Below are positions 41,609 through 53,339 of a DNA stretch of 64,000 nucleotides, in pieces. The notes beneath the pieces were generated by a model. That model saw only the letters and a list, made by a program, of their open reading frames with translations. It had not been told where the DNA came from and searched no databases. The number at the start of each line of letters is the position of its first letter. Position 1 is the first letter of the stretch. The DNA comes from Salpingoeca rosetta. Lineage: Eukaryota > Protista > Choanoflagellata. The position numbers and the translations under genes were made by a program. The stretch covers positions 2,854,420 to 2,918,419 of the forward strand of contig JAWQFM010000001.1 in the NCBI GenBank assembly GCA_033442325.1, given 5' to 3'.

Positions 41609-43737
41609 GTGCGTGTGTGCGTGTGTGCGTGTATGTGTGTGTGTGTGTTTGTATGTGTGTTTGTTTGTGTGTGGTGAGATGTCGAGAACAATGACACGAC
41701 ATTTCAAGTGGCGGGCAACAGCAGGCATAACCGTGTGCCGATAACACACGCGCTGCTTTCAACGTACTTGACGCGCTTGTCCTTGACTGCGTCCTGCAGT
41801 GTTTTTCTCGCCATGAGCTCGCGGTGCCGCAGCTCATCCTCTTGTTTCCTGATGGCGCACAAAGGGGACAACGAGTGAGCCTTGACATGTGTGTCTGTAT
41901 TTGCGTGTCTGTCTGTGTGCACCTGTGTCTGTGTCTGTTGTCTGCGTGTGTCTGTATGTAAATGCCTGTGTGACTCGACAGGTCGTTCACAAGCGGCAAA
42001 GATGTGTCGTCACCGGACCTAATATCCACTTTCTCCTTCTGCTCCTCAAGGAAGATGCGCTCACGCTCCGTCAGCGCGTAGTCCACCACGCTCTTCCTGT
42101 TACGTGACAGCTGAATGTATGTATGCATGTGTGTTTGTGTGCCCATGGGTGAATTTGCATCGCAGCAAGCGCACGCGATGATACAAACAACACAATCCTT
42201 GTTGGCTTGTACGCACACAGGCAAACATGACCGCCACCACCGCCACCAGAAACAGCAGCAGCCGTGTGGGATACGCACGCGCTTGATGTAGTTATCGCGG
42301 GCCTGCTTTTCCTTCTTGCGCCGCGTCTTGACACGACGCAGGGCCGCCTCCCGCTCCCGTTGCAGCGACTCCTGGTGGTGGTGGTGGTGGTGGTGGTGGT
42401 GGTGGTGGTGGTGGTGGTGGTGGTGGTGTGTGTGTATGTGTCACTTGAGTGAGAGGGTGGCACGCGGCAGCGTTCAAGGAGCATGGAGGCTGGAGCGCGT
42501 AACACAATCATGCACGCAATTCACACAACGCACATGCTGTTTCTTCATGCGGGCCACACGCTGCTCGTAAGCGTCATTCTTCTGTCCACGTGTCAGCTCT
42601 GTGTGAAACGTCTTCAACGCACGCTGTATGTGTGTGTATGTGTGTGTGTGTGCGGGGTCGTCGAAGCAGCCATGAGGAATATGCGTGAGTCACAATGTGA
42701 GGACGCAGAACATGCCAGCCAGCAGCACAACGCCAAAAACAATGCTGGCAAGGTGAGTGTATGAGCGCGTTCGAGGCAGGAGGTGGGCGTGTCCCTCACA
42801 AGACTGCAAAAAGCGTTTGGCCGGACGGACCTCGTTGGCTGTGGCAAGGAGCTGGCCGTCGTCGGTGATGGTACCGGTGCGCTTGAGCGTCTTCTTGACG
42901 CCGGGGCGGCGCAAGTGGCGCTGCACGTGTGGATCAAGCAACGGGTTGTATGCCAGTGGATTGGTATCCGGATCAACCCTGCAACGAGCACACGCAGTCG
43001 TGGTGGTGGTTGATGGTTGATGGTTGATGGTGGTGAGCTGCCAGTCAGCTCGAGGGGGCAGAGCGAGGGGGGCAGGCACAAGAGGAAGGAGGCGACGGAA
43101 TGCAAAGGAGACGGTCCGATGCATGTGTGTGTGTGTGTCGCATGCAGAGAGAAGGAGGCTTGGCAGTGAATACCTGGCGTCAAAATCTGTGTGATGTTCA
43201 GGGGCGCGCCTGGGCGAGGCGCCTTCGCTTGCGCTGGAAGCAATGGATGTGGAGCTTGCGTCCAAGGACTGCAGTGATGACGAGTTGAGGATGGATGGAA
43301 ACGAGATGGATGTGCGTGACATGCGCCGCGCAGTCTGTGGAGAGCCTAAAAACCCCGCATAACCACACAAACGACAACGTGAGACGTGGCATGGTGAGAC
43401 GTGGCATGGTGAGTGCGAGTTGCGGTGCTGCTGTGGTGCTGAAATGCAGGGTGTGTGTGTGTGTGTGTGCGCGTGTGCGTGTGTGTGTTCCCCTTTCCCT
43501 GCTTCCCTCATGACAGCTTGACGTGTCAGTGCACGCATCACGCAGCACGCATCACGCAGCACGCATCACGCAGCACGCGTGCCAGTGACAACGGAGCAAT
43601 CCTGTGTGTGACATGGTGGAGCAATGCGCACTTGTTGCATGGTGCAGAAGCAGTCCTTGAGATGCACGCCGCTTCTTCACGCTCCCTGCACGCTGCAGGG
43701 GTACCATCTCCGTTTTGGAGATCTGTGCTGTGGACAT
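38744..43737 (-). CDS. E/R/K/Q-rich coiled-coil protein with an N-terminal FSIP2/ERICH3-like motif
   Basis: Phase-compatible exons from MSTAQISK through YNPLLDPHVQRHLRRPGVKKTLKRTGTITDDGQ. Many short charged helical exons follow, ending RIRYIQKYGP*. Confidence 0.75.
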
Positions 43738-44581
43738 CCCGTGTCGCGTTGCTGGCGTGGACCGGCTGGCGCAGGTGGGTAAAGCGGAGCGATGGATGGA
43801 TGGATGGATGGATGGATGGGTGAACAGCGAGAGTGATTCTGGGGTTGGTTGACGTGCAGTCCGCCTTGCTTGCCTTGCTTGCTTGCTTGCTTGGTTCATT
43901 CATTCACCGTGCAATTTTGTGTGTGTTTTGTTGTTTGGTGGGCGCGTCGATAAGGGTGTGTGTGTGTTTGTTTCGCACAAGGCCGCAGCCAAAAGCGTTG
44001 CCAACCGTGCTATCCACCAGCTATGCACTGCACTTTGTGGTGTCGGCCAAGCGCCTTGTTGTGGTTCTTTTGTTTGTTGTGGTTCTTTTTGCTTGCAGGC
44101 AGGAGAGGAGGACGATAACGGGCCATGGTGCTCCTCAGCAGGGCGGAGTGAAGAAGTGGGCGAACAGGATGGTACAACGGAACGCTGCGTAACAACCGAG
44201 CGCATGAGCGCAATGGCAGAAGACCACAAGAACACAAGAACACAAGAACACAAGAACAGACAGAGAACAGCGACTCAGCGAGCCACGCGTACAGAAGTAC
44301 AGAAGTACAGAGCACAGAGTGTCACGGGGGAACACACAAAGGCAGTCAGGCAGTGAAGAAGCGTGCTTGTGGGGCTTGTGGAATGAGAGAAAAAAGGACA
44401 CAAAAGGCAGCACGAATGCGATCACAGGAGCAGAACAAGGAGGCAAGGGAGCGGGAGCAAAAGCAGCAAGGTCTGTGGATCAGACTAACGTCGCGTAGTG
44501 CTCCTCCTCTGGCAGGGGGTTTCTTCCTTTACATTGGTTCCAGGTGGGTGCGTCCTTCCTTCTTGGTGCTGCTGCAGCAGC

Positions 44582-45202
44582 TCAGAGATCGGTGTGGCCT
44601 TCGCCACTGCCGGAGGCGCACTCAGCAAGACAGCGCTGCGTGTTAGCCATGAGAGCAGCGGTATCGCAGGTGTAAAGGAAGTGGTCGATCTTCTTCGTGT
44701 GCGGGTTCAGCTTGATGTGGGCGTCCTCTGCCAACGTGAAATGGCACGGCTTTGTTGGGTTCTTGGTTGAGTAGTAACCAATCGTGACGGTGTTGCTGAA
44801 GGAGCAGGCAATGCGCAGATCGGCCTTGTCCTTGATGAGGAAGCTGTTGTTGGCTGCCGTGACGTGGTTGATGTCATAGGCCTCAAAGTGGCCACAGCCT
44901 GGGGGTGGGAGAATGCTGATGAAAAACTCAAGCACTTCATCCACGCCATGCAGAACGTTGAAGGATGGGAATTCCCCAGACGCGTCGGGGCTGAAAGTGT
45001 CGCGCACCAAGGTGCGAATGGCGTCGGGGCCACTGCTAATGGCATCCACAAGGGCGTCATAGCGGTCACGAGTGAATGCCTCGCACAGTTGTTCATCCGT
45101 CTGTCCTCCTTCGGCCTTTACACCAATGGCATTGTTGAGGTTGATGGCGGCGGCCACCACCACAATCGCGATCGCAAAGGAGAACCACGACCGAACCAGC
45201 AT
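44582..45202 (-). CDS. Intronless secretory-pathway protein (206 aa), NTF2/SnoaL-like fold, C-terminal HTDL
   Basis: Repeat-free ORF with signal peptide MLVRSWFSFAIAIVVVAAA, a SnoaL-like pattern RYDALVDAISSG...FSPDASGEFP...LHGVDEVLEFF, and 7 Cys. The CDS is likely real; the fold call is tentative. Confidence 0.8.
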   Translation of the reverse strand: MLVRSWFSFAIAIVVVAAAINLNNAIGVKAEGGQTDEQLCEAFTRDRYDALVDAISSGPDAIRTLVRDTFSPDASGEFPSFNVLHGVDEVLEFFISILPPPGCGHFEAYDINHVTAANNSFLIKDKADLRIACSFSNTVTIGYYSTKNPTKPCHFTLAEDAHIKLNPHTKKIDHFLYTCDTAALMANTQRCLAECASGSGEGHTDL

Positions 45203-45665
45203 GGTGAAGGTGAGGGTGAAGACTTGCTTGATGTGACAAAGAGCAAGAAAATGCAAGCTAAATGAATGGTGAAGTGGTTTTGATGTGTTGTTGATGTGTG
45301 TTGTGAAAGTGAAAGTGACTTGCTGGCAACAACCAAACAGACAAACACACAAGCCAACAAGCAAGCAAAACAGCAAGCAACAGAGCAAGCAAACAGCAAC
45401 ACCTCCCTGCCTGCCTCCATTGTGCATCAACAGTGACAATAAAGCAGTGTCAATCAGTCAGTCATAGATGTCCATGCATGGGGCAATCAGTGTCGTGCCC
45501 AAACAGCGACACGACACACAAAACCACACAAGCACCACGGTTCCATAAATGTGCATGGAATCGTGCGCATGGGTTTGAGTTGTGAGGTTTTATTTTGACA
45601 CAGTTGTGTGTGCGACAACAACACGCCCCACCAAACACACACACGCACGAGCTGCAGGAGCCACG

Positions 45666-48222
45666 ATGGAGCTGTCTGGGAGCAGTGCTACCGGTGTTGG
45701 GGCAAACATGAGCACCCCTGAAACCCTCCAGGTACGTGACACACACACACACACACCGCACATATGTTGTCATGTGTCTTGATTCCAGCGTGTGTGTATG
45801 TGTGTGTGTGTGTGTATGTGTCTCGGGGGAGGGGAACATACGCGCAGCTCTTGTTTTGTCCTTCTGTCACTATGTCTGTGTATCTGGTCATGCCAGTGCA
45901 TACACGCGCACACCTGTCACCGTCCGTCTCCTCTTCTTGTTCTCCTTGTTCTTTCCTTCTTGCACTCCTCCACTGTATGCAACACCACGATCTTGCCTCG
46001 GTCTCTGGTGTCGCTGTGCACGGGCCACTGGTTGTTGCACCCATGATGGTGTTCCATACTTGTTCCCGCCCCCTTCCCTCTCACATACATACATGTACAC
46101 ACACACACACACGCACACGCACACGTACACATACATGTATACACACACGTACACACACGTGTGCACATGTGTGCACATCCACACATGTTATATCCATCAA
46201 TCCCCTTGTTGATCCATGTCGGTTTCGAGTAGGCGCAGCCTAGAGGACCCATGGCTCGTGCTGTGCAGCCACAGCCTGTCGCCAAGCTCACGCCGTTCCA
46301 GCTGTCACAACGAGGCATGCTGCAGCCTCTCAAGCAAGCCGTGGAAGGCGGCTTCCACGTCGACACCCCAGATGAGGAAGGCATCACCTGCCTCCACTGG
46401 TGTGCCATCAACAACCGCCTCGAATGCATCCAGTGCGTACACGAAACGTGTGTGCATGAGAGCGATCGACCGTTTTATGTGCTTGTCTGTGTCATCTGTT
46501 TGTCTAGCCGCAGGTGCAATTGTGACGCAGTCCGTGAGTGAATGAAGAGCATCGTCCACCATCCACACGCGTGTATACACGCGATGTCCCACTCTCCCTC
46601 ACACACACACACACTGTACGCAAATCAGGTATTTGTTGGATGAAGGTGCCAATGTGGATCCAGTTGGCGGGGAGTTGCAAGCCACTCCACTGCACTGGGC
46701 AATCAGGTGCGATGATGGCAGACAAGAGGCGGAGTCTCCCATGTGCACTCAACTCCACACACACATACACACACAGGCATACACAATTCCAGACGCACAC
46801 ATGCACACGCACGCACACGCACGCCCGCACACACACGCACACACATACACACACGCACGCTCATGTTATGGGCACCAAACTGTGTGGTCGTGGCGCCCCG
46901 TATTGGCTGCAGGCAAGGCCACATGCGCGTCGTTGTGCTGCTTGTCAAGGGCGGCGCTAACACCGCCTTCAAAGACGCGCAAGGTGTGGGGGGGTTTGTT
47001 GCATGTGTAGGCGTGTTTATGTGCGCGTCTGTACATCCGCATGTGAGAGTGTGTGTGTGTGTGAATGTGTGAACGAGAGCGTGAGAGAATTGGTGAGAGA
47101 ATGAGAGAGATTGGGAGAACGGAGTGCATGTACCTCATGCCAACCTCCTCTTTCGTGCCCGTGCTCTTGGACGACCAACCCAACCAACTCTCACGCCCTC
47201 CCCGCATTATTGCTACTCATGCACGGATCACCATGCATGTGCATGACAGGGTACAACCCGCTTCACGTGGCCTCACAGTTTGGCTTCATGAACATTGCCG
47301 CGTACCTTGTCGCGCGGGGAGCGGTCAGTCATGGTGTATGATGCAACTCGCACGTGAATGCATACACACGAACGCATGCATGCACACCCACATAGACATG
47401 CACACGAACGTACGCGCACGCACGAACGTACGCGCACCCACAAACGCACGTCACACACACACACACTGCTCACACCAATGGTGCTGTGTTGTGCGCAGGA
47501 TGTCAATGCAAAAGACAACAACGGCCGCACGCCCCTCATCTGGGCGGCGACAAAGGCCTTCTCGTACGTGCTATACCACTCACCGCTGTGCACGTTATTG
47601 CTGCTGGGTGCTCTGTGCATGACTGTAATCGCCAACCACAACAACACATTGCATTCGTCCACGCAAATGTTTCAATGCTTCCCGGATTCCAACCAACTCA
47701 ACTCAAACAACACTCACACACCTGGCGTTGCAGCTCTGATCTGATCCGCTGCCTGATGGCGCTCGACGCGTCTCTAAATCTCCGCGACTCTGCCGGCAAC
47801 ACAGGTGCACACACACACACACATACACATACATGTGCGCATGTACACATGTGCATACATGAACTCAAACACATGCACGTCCGTTCGCATATGAGCATGC
47901 ACGCATTGGCTTCTTTGTGGTCGGCTTGTACTTGTGCACATGAGCGTTCGTGTGTATGCGCGAGCGTGTGGGCACATTGTGTGTGTGTGTTTGTGTGTGC
48001 AGTCTCATGGCTGTGTTTTGAATTGAACTGAACACTTTTTTCTCACGCACATATGTGCTTGTGTTTTTTACAGCGCTGCACTATGCTGTCGCTGCCAACA
48101 ACATGTTTGCGGTCATTGCCCTGGTTCATGCCGGTGCCAGCAAGGACGTCAAGAATGAGCAGGTACGCCTGGTGCAGTAAGCGAAGTGCTCACCCTCACC
48201 AATGAACCGCACATGCGGGCGC

Positions 48223-48277
<55 letters not shown>

Positions 48278-49002
48278 GAAACACAAATACACATGCGCGT
48301 GCACATTTTGCAACAGCNNNNNNNNNNNNNNNNNNNNNNNNNNNNNNNNNNNNNNNNNNNNNNNNNNNNNNNNNNNNNNNNNNNNNNNNNNNNNNNNNNN
48401 NNNNNNNNNNNNNNNNNNNNNNNNNNNNNNNNNNNNNNNNNNNNNNNNNNNNNNNNNNNNNNNNNNNNNNNNNNNNNNNNNNNNNNNNNNNNNNNNNNNN
48501 NNNNNNNNNNNNNNNNNNNNNNNNNNNNNNNNNNNNNNNNNNNNNNNNNNNNNNNNNNNNNNNNNNNNNNNNNNNNNNNNNNNNNNNNNNNNNNNNNNNN
48601 NNNNNNNNNNNNNNNNNNNNNNNNNNNNNNNNNNNNNNNNNNNNNNNNNNNNNNNNNNNNNNNNNNNNNNNNNNNNNNNNNNNNNNNNNNNNNNNNNNNN
48701 NNNNNNNNNNNNNNNNNNNNNNNNNNNNNNNNNNNNNNNNNNNNNNNNNNNNNNNNNNNNNNNNNNNNNNNNNNNNNNNNNNNNNNNNNNNNNNNNNNNN
48801 NNNNNNNNNNNNNNNNNNNNNNNNNNNNNNNNNNNNNNNNNNNNNNNNNNNNNNNNNNNNNNNNNNNNNNTTCACACGTCCCCCACATCTCCAGTCATTG
48901 ATGTTCATCTAAAGATGGGTTCTTCCTGAGATTACAGGCTCTCAGGGGCAGATGACTCGCAGCTGCTGGTGGCTGCTGTATTGACGGAGGTGACTGTAAA
49001 TT

Positions 49003-49062
<60 letters not shown>

Positions 49063-49269
49063 CTCACCAGCTTCGCTCCAGCATCGTCTGGGGTATTGTC
49101 TACCTCTTCCTTGCCATCTGGGGCTGGGTCATGGGCAACAAGTCAGTCACTGTCCGCTGTGTACACGTTGTAGCGTGCGTGTGCTTGCACGTGCCGGCGG
49201 CGCAAACTCTGCCTGAATGCCTGTGTGTGCACCATTAACTTCCTTTGCATCATTGACTGCTCACCCGGT

Positions 49270-49307
<38 letters not shown>

Positions 49308-50143
49308 ACACACACACACACAAATCCGTTTCCGTCCTACTCCTCACCTTCTCACTTACCCATACCACCACACCACACCACTTCTTCCTCCCGTTTCCCC
49401 TCCTGCCACTGCATCTCTGCTCCACAGCTTCTTCAACCACGGCTACAAGCCTGGCGAGTCGCCCGTGTCCATGTCTGTGTACTTTGGTACCAAGATCCTC
49501 TTTGCAGTCACAACCTTCCACCTCTTCTGGCCAGCTGTCTTGTACGTTGACATCCCGATGTGTGCTTTTGTCTGTGTGTCTGTCTTGTCTGTCTTGTCTG
49601 TCTGTGTGTCTGTCTGTGCGCCTCTGTTCCATTGCTGTACCCTGTTTTGTTCCGTCGCTTGCATCCTCCATGCAACCACCTGCTCACCTCTGTCATCATG
49701 TGCTCTTCACACACATCTCGTCGCTGCGTGCAGTGCCGACGGCCCGCTGATGTCGCTGCCCATGAAGATGGTGGTTGCAGTCAACATCTTCCTCCTCGCA
49801 TGGAGCTTCTACAAGGTGCTGTGTGATGGCACGCCACGCATTGCCAGCGAATGCTATTTCAAGGCAATCTCCACCAACTCACCCCCGTCTCCCTCGTCCT
49901 TCTTGCACATACATATATGTCCGCATGCGTATGCATTCGTGAATGTGATTGTGTGTATGTGTGTGTATGCGTGTGCGTATTGTGTTTTGTGTATGTGCAT
50001 GTATCATCAGACACACACGGGTGATCCAGGCTACATCCGCCCAGATCGCAGCACACGCGAGCGCGTCATCATTGAGCTCGCTGAGGTCCGCCCGAATGCT
50101 CTCATGTGGTTTTGCTTGATCGAGTTTTGTTCGGCTGATTGTT

Positions 50144-50206
<63 letters not shown>

Positions 50207-51010
50207 GTGTGTGGCCTCCTGTTTCTATCTCTCTGGCTCACTGTTGATCCTGCCCATGCGTCTCTTGAGTGTGTTCACCTGCCCTTTCTTGCCGTGCTCT
50301 TCTTCTATTTTTGCGTTGCTCCTCCAACCACCCAACACATTCGCTCACTCTCATTGCACACATACACACATACACGCACGCGCACAAACCTACAGAGGGA
50401 TGAGCTGAACGGAAACACGTTCTGCCCGACGTGCGCCGTACGTAGTGTTTGGGGGTTGTGATGTCTTTCATTTGTGTATTTTGTCGTTATCTTTGCGCTG
50501 CGTGCCCACTTGATGCTGTTTCACAGGTGCTGCTGCTCATATGCCATGCATGCCACACGTCTTTGATTGCAATGGCCCCATCGTTGACTGCGCAGATTCG
50601 ACGTCCACTTCGCTCCAAGCACTCCGCCGTCACGAACAAATGGTGCTCAACCTCCCTCTGCTTGTGCTCTGTTCATCTGTTGCCACGGCACTGTTGTGCG
50701 CTCTTGTGCGGCTTTCCGGTGGCACATGTTTGCTTCATTGTCGTCTTTAACAGCTTGGCGTCACCACCACCTTCGCACCACACACATATGCGCACATGCA
50801 CACATATGTACTCACTCACACACTCACTCACACACACACTCACACACTCACTCACACACACTCACACACGCACGCACGCACGCACGCACGCACTCACGCA
50901 CGCACTCGATCGCACCTGACAGCGTGGCCAAGTTTGACCACTACTGCCCGTTTGTGGAGAACGACGTTGGTGCGTGACAACATGCCCTCCTGCCCAACTG
51001 CACCACAAAC

Positions 51011-51083
<73 letters not shown>

Positions 51084-51315
51084 GCAAGCTGCGACGTTGG
51101 CGACGATGCTTCTTGCTTGCATGAAGTCGCATGCGCAAATTATTCTCACCAATTGCCAACCTCCTGTGCATCTGCTATTGCACAATGTACAGGCGCATGG
51201 AACCACCATTACTTTATGAACTTCCTTGTGTTCTTCGTCATGGCCCACGCCTTTTTCCTCCTCTACTCCTTCCAATGTTCGTTCGTCCGCCCTGACGCAC
51301 TTGCACGCGGGTCTC

Positions 51316-51379
<64 letters not shown>

Positions 51380-51479
51380 NNNNNNNNNNNNNNNNNNNNN
51401 NNNNNNNNNNNNNNNNNNNNNNNNNNNNNNNNNNNNNNNNNNNNNNNNNNNNNNNNNNNNNNNNNNNNNNNNNNNNNNN

Positions 51480-51568
<89 letters not shown>

Positions 51569-51896
51569 CCATGTGGGGCACGGTATCAACAGCTGCTTCA
51601 CAAACAACCCCTCCCCCTCCCCCCCCCGACACACATGCCGTTCGCCCACTTCTCCTCACCACTGTTCTTCTTCTATTCGCTTTACACACAGATATGTACC
51701 ATGCCAAGCCACCCGGTGCCAACGTCCTGAAGTCGTTCGCGGACTGGTGCTCCTTTTCTCCCTGGGTCATGTTCCTCATGGCGCAGTGCTGCGTCCACTT
51801 GACCTGGGTGGTACGTTCCCACGTAGTCCATCGTGATCGTGTGCTGTTGAGTTGCGGGCCTGACGTGCGTTTGTTTCCCCTTCGCCCTTGCCTCAC

Positions 51897-51945
<49 letters not shown>

Positions 51946-51957
51946 AAACAAAAACAA

Positions 51958-51999
<42 letters not shown>

Positions 52000-52548
52000 A
52001 AACAAATATAACACGACACGCCACAACAGGCATTGCTGCTGGGGATGCAGCTCAAGCAGGTTGCCATCACAGGCCTCACGACAAACGAGGAAATCAACAT
52101 GTACGTGTGACATGCATTTTGCTGGGTTCGCTTCCGTGTCCCCCCCCCCCAACCGGAACCTCGCTGCCACCGTTCCCTTCCGTTTTCACTTCTTCCTTCT
52201 CCAAAACAACAGCAGCCTCTCTTGCTTGCTTGATGTTGAGTTGTGCATCCTTTCCTCTCCCTCGCACACACACACACACACACGCACTCGCACACACTCT
52301 CATTCTCGGTCCTCTGAATCAGGTGGAAGTACGATTACCTGCAGGGCTATCGCCGCAGCCCTTGGCATCGTGGCGCCATTGGCAACCTTGTGGAGCTGTA
52401 CACGCACTCCACGGATTGGACATCCGTGTTTGAGACCCCGGCGCAGCTGCACCACCGCGCAACGTCCCTGGCGCGCGTCAGCGCCAGCGACAATGCACCA
52501 AGCGAGCGCGCATCCCTGCTTCCACCCTCTACCCCGTCCTCGAAGTGA
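45666..52548 (+). CDS. ZDHHC17: Ankyrin-repeat palmitoyltransferase (ZDHHC17/HIP14/Akr1 family)
   Basis: Ankyrin repeats (GITCLHWCAINN, ATPLHWAIRQGH, GYNPLHVASQFG, GRTPLIWAA, GNTALHYAV), TM exons, GDPGYI, FCPTCAIRRPLRSKH, VAKFDHYCPFVENDVGAWNHHYF and GLTTNEEIN. A gap at 48318-48870 hides some exons. Confidence 0.93.
48318..48870. other. Assembly gap; further 100-N gaps at 22259-22358, 28219-28318, 36301-36400 and 51380-51479
   Basis: Runs of N. Confidence 1.
51898..52005. repeat. (CAA)n microsatellite in a ZDHHC intron
   Basis: Directly visible, just upstream of the acceptor near 52030. Confidence 0.97.
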
Positions 52549-53339
52549 TGCTACCACGTCACACCACAACCCTCCGCAACACAACCCTCCACAACACACC
52601 ACAACACGCACACTCCACAACACAACACACCACCACATTGCCTGTGACTGTGAAATACATATTAGGCTGTGCTCATTTGCAGGCTTCTATTGTAGGCCTT
52701 TTGTGTTTGTGCGCTTCTTGCTTGTTTGTTTTGTGCGCCCACTTGCATGCGTGCGCTTTGTTCTTTGTTCGTTTGCTGGATTTGCTGACGCCCTACCACC
52801 CGATGACATCATCCTTTTGAGCGATTCAACTTTTAAACTTTGACGACGCAAGCACGTTGCGTACTTGCGTTCTGTTCCTGACACACAAGCGAGCTTGCGT
52901 TGCATGTCTTGCATCAGCAGTCTTTGCGTGGAATTTTCTCGAAGTGTTGTCAAAACGATGGGGGGAAAAATTGTCACACCAAGGCTTTGGGTAAACCCCG
53001 CGTTCGCCTTGCTTCTTTCGCTTTGCTTGTTGTGTGATGTGATGCACGCGCACACGTGTGTGTGCGTGTGCACTTTTTTCATTTCCCTTGTCGACAGCGT
53101 GTTCAGGAACAATCCACGCTTGGGCACCTCGACCCGTTTGACAGGTGTGCTTTGCTTGACAGCACTCGTTTCCTTGGTCATGCATGGATACGATCTCAGT
53201 GTTGATCTGTCCGATTGATCGCATCAGAAGATGTCTCACACACACGCACACTCACGCGCACACGCATGCACACACACACATACACACTGTTTCGTTGCCC
53301 GATCGCTCGCACGATGCTGCAGGCAACAACAACGCAACG

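Noticed and set aside
48871-49003. Compositionally atypical sequence right after a gap (also 28319-28450)
   Set aside because: More likely low-quality read ends than an inserted element; no terminal repeats or ORF.
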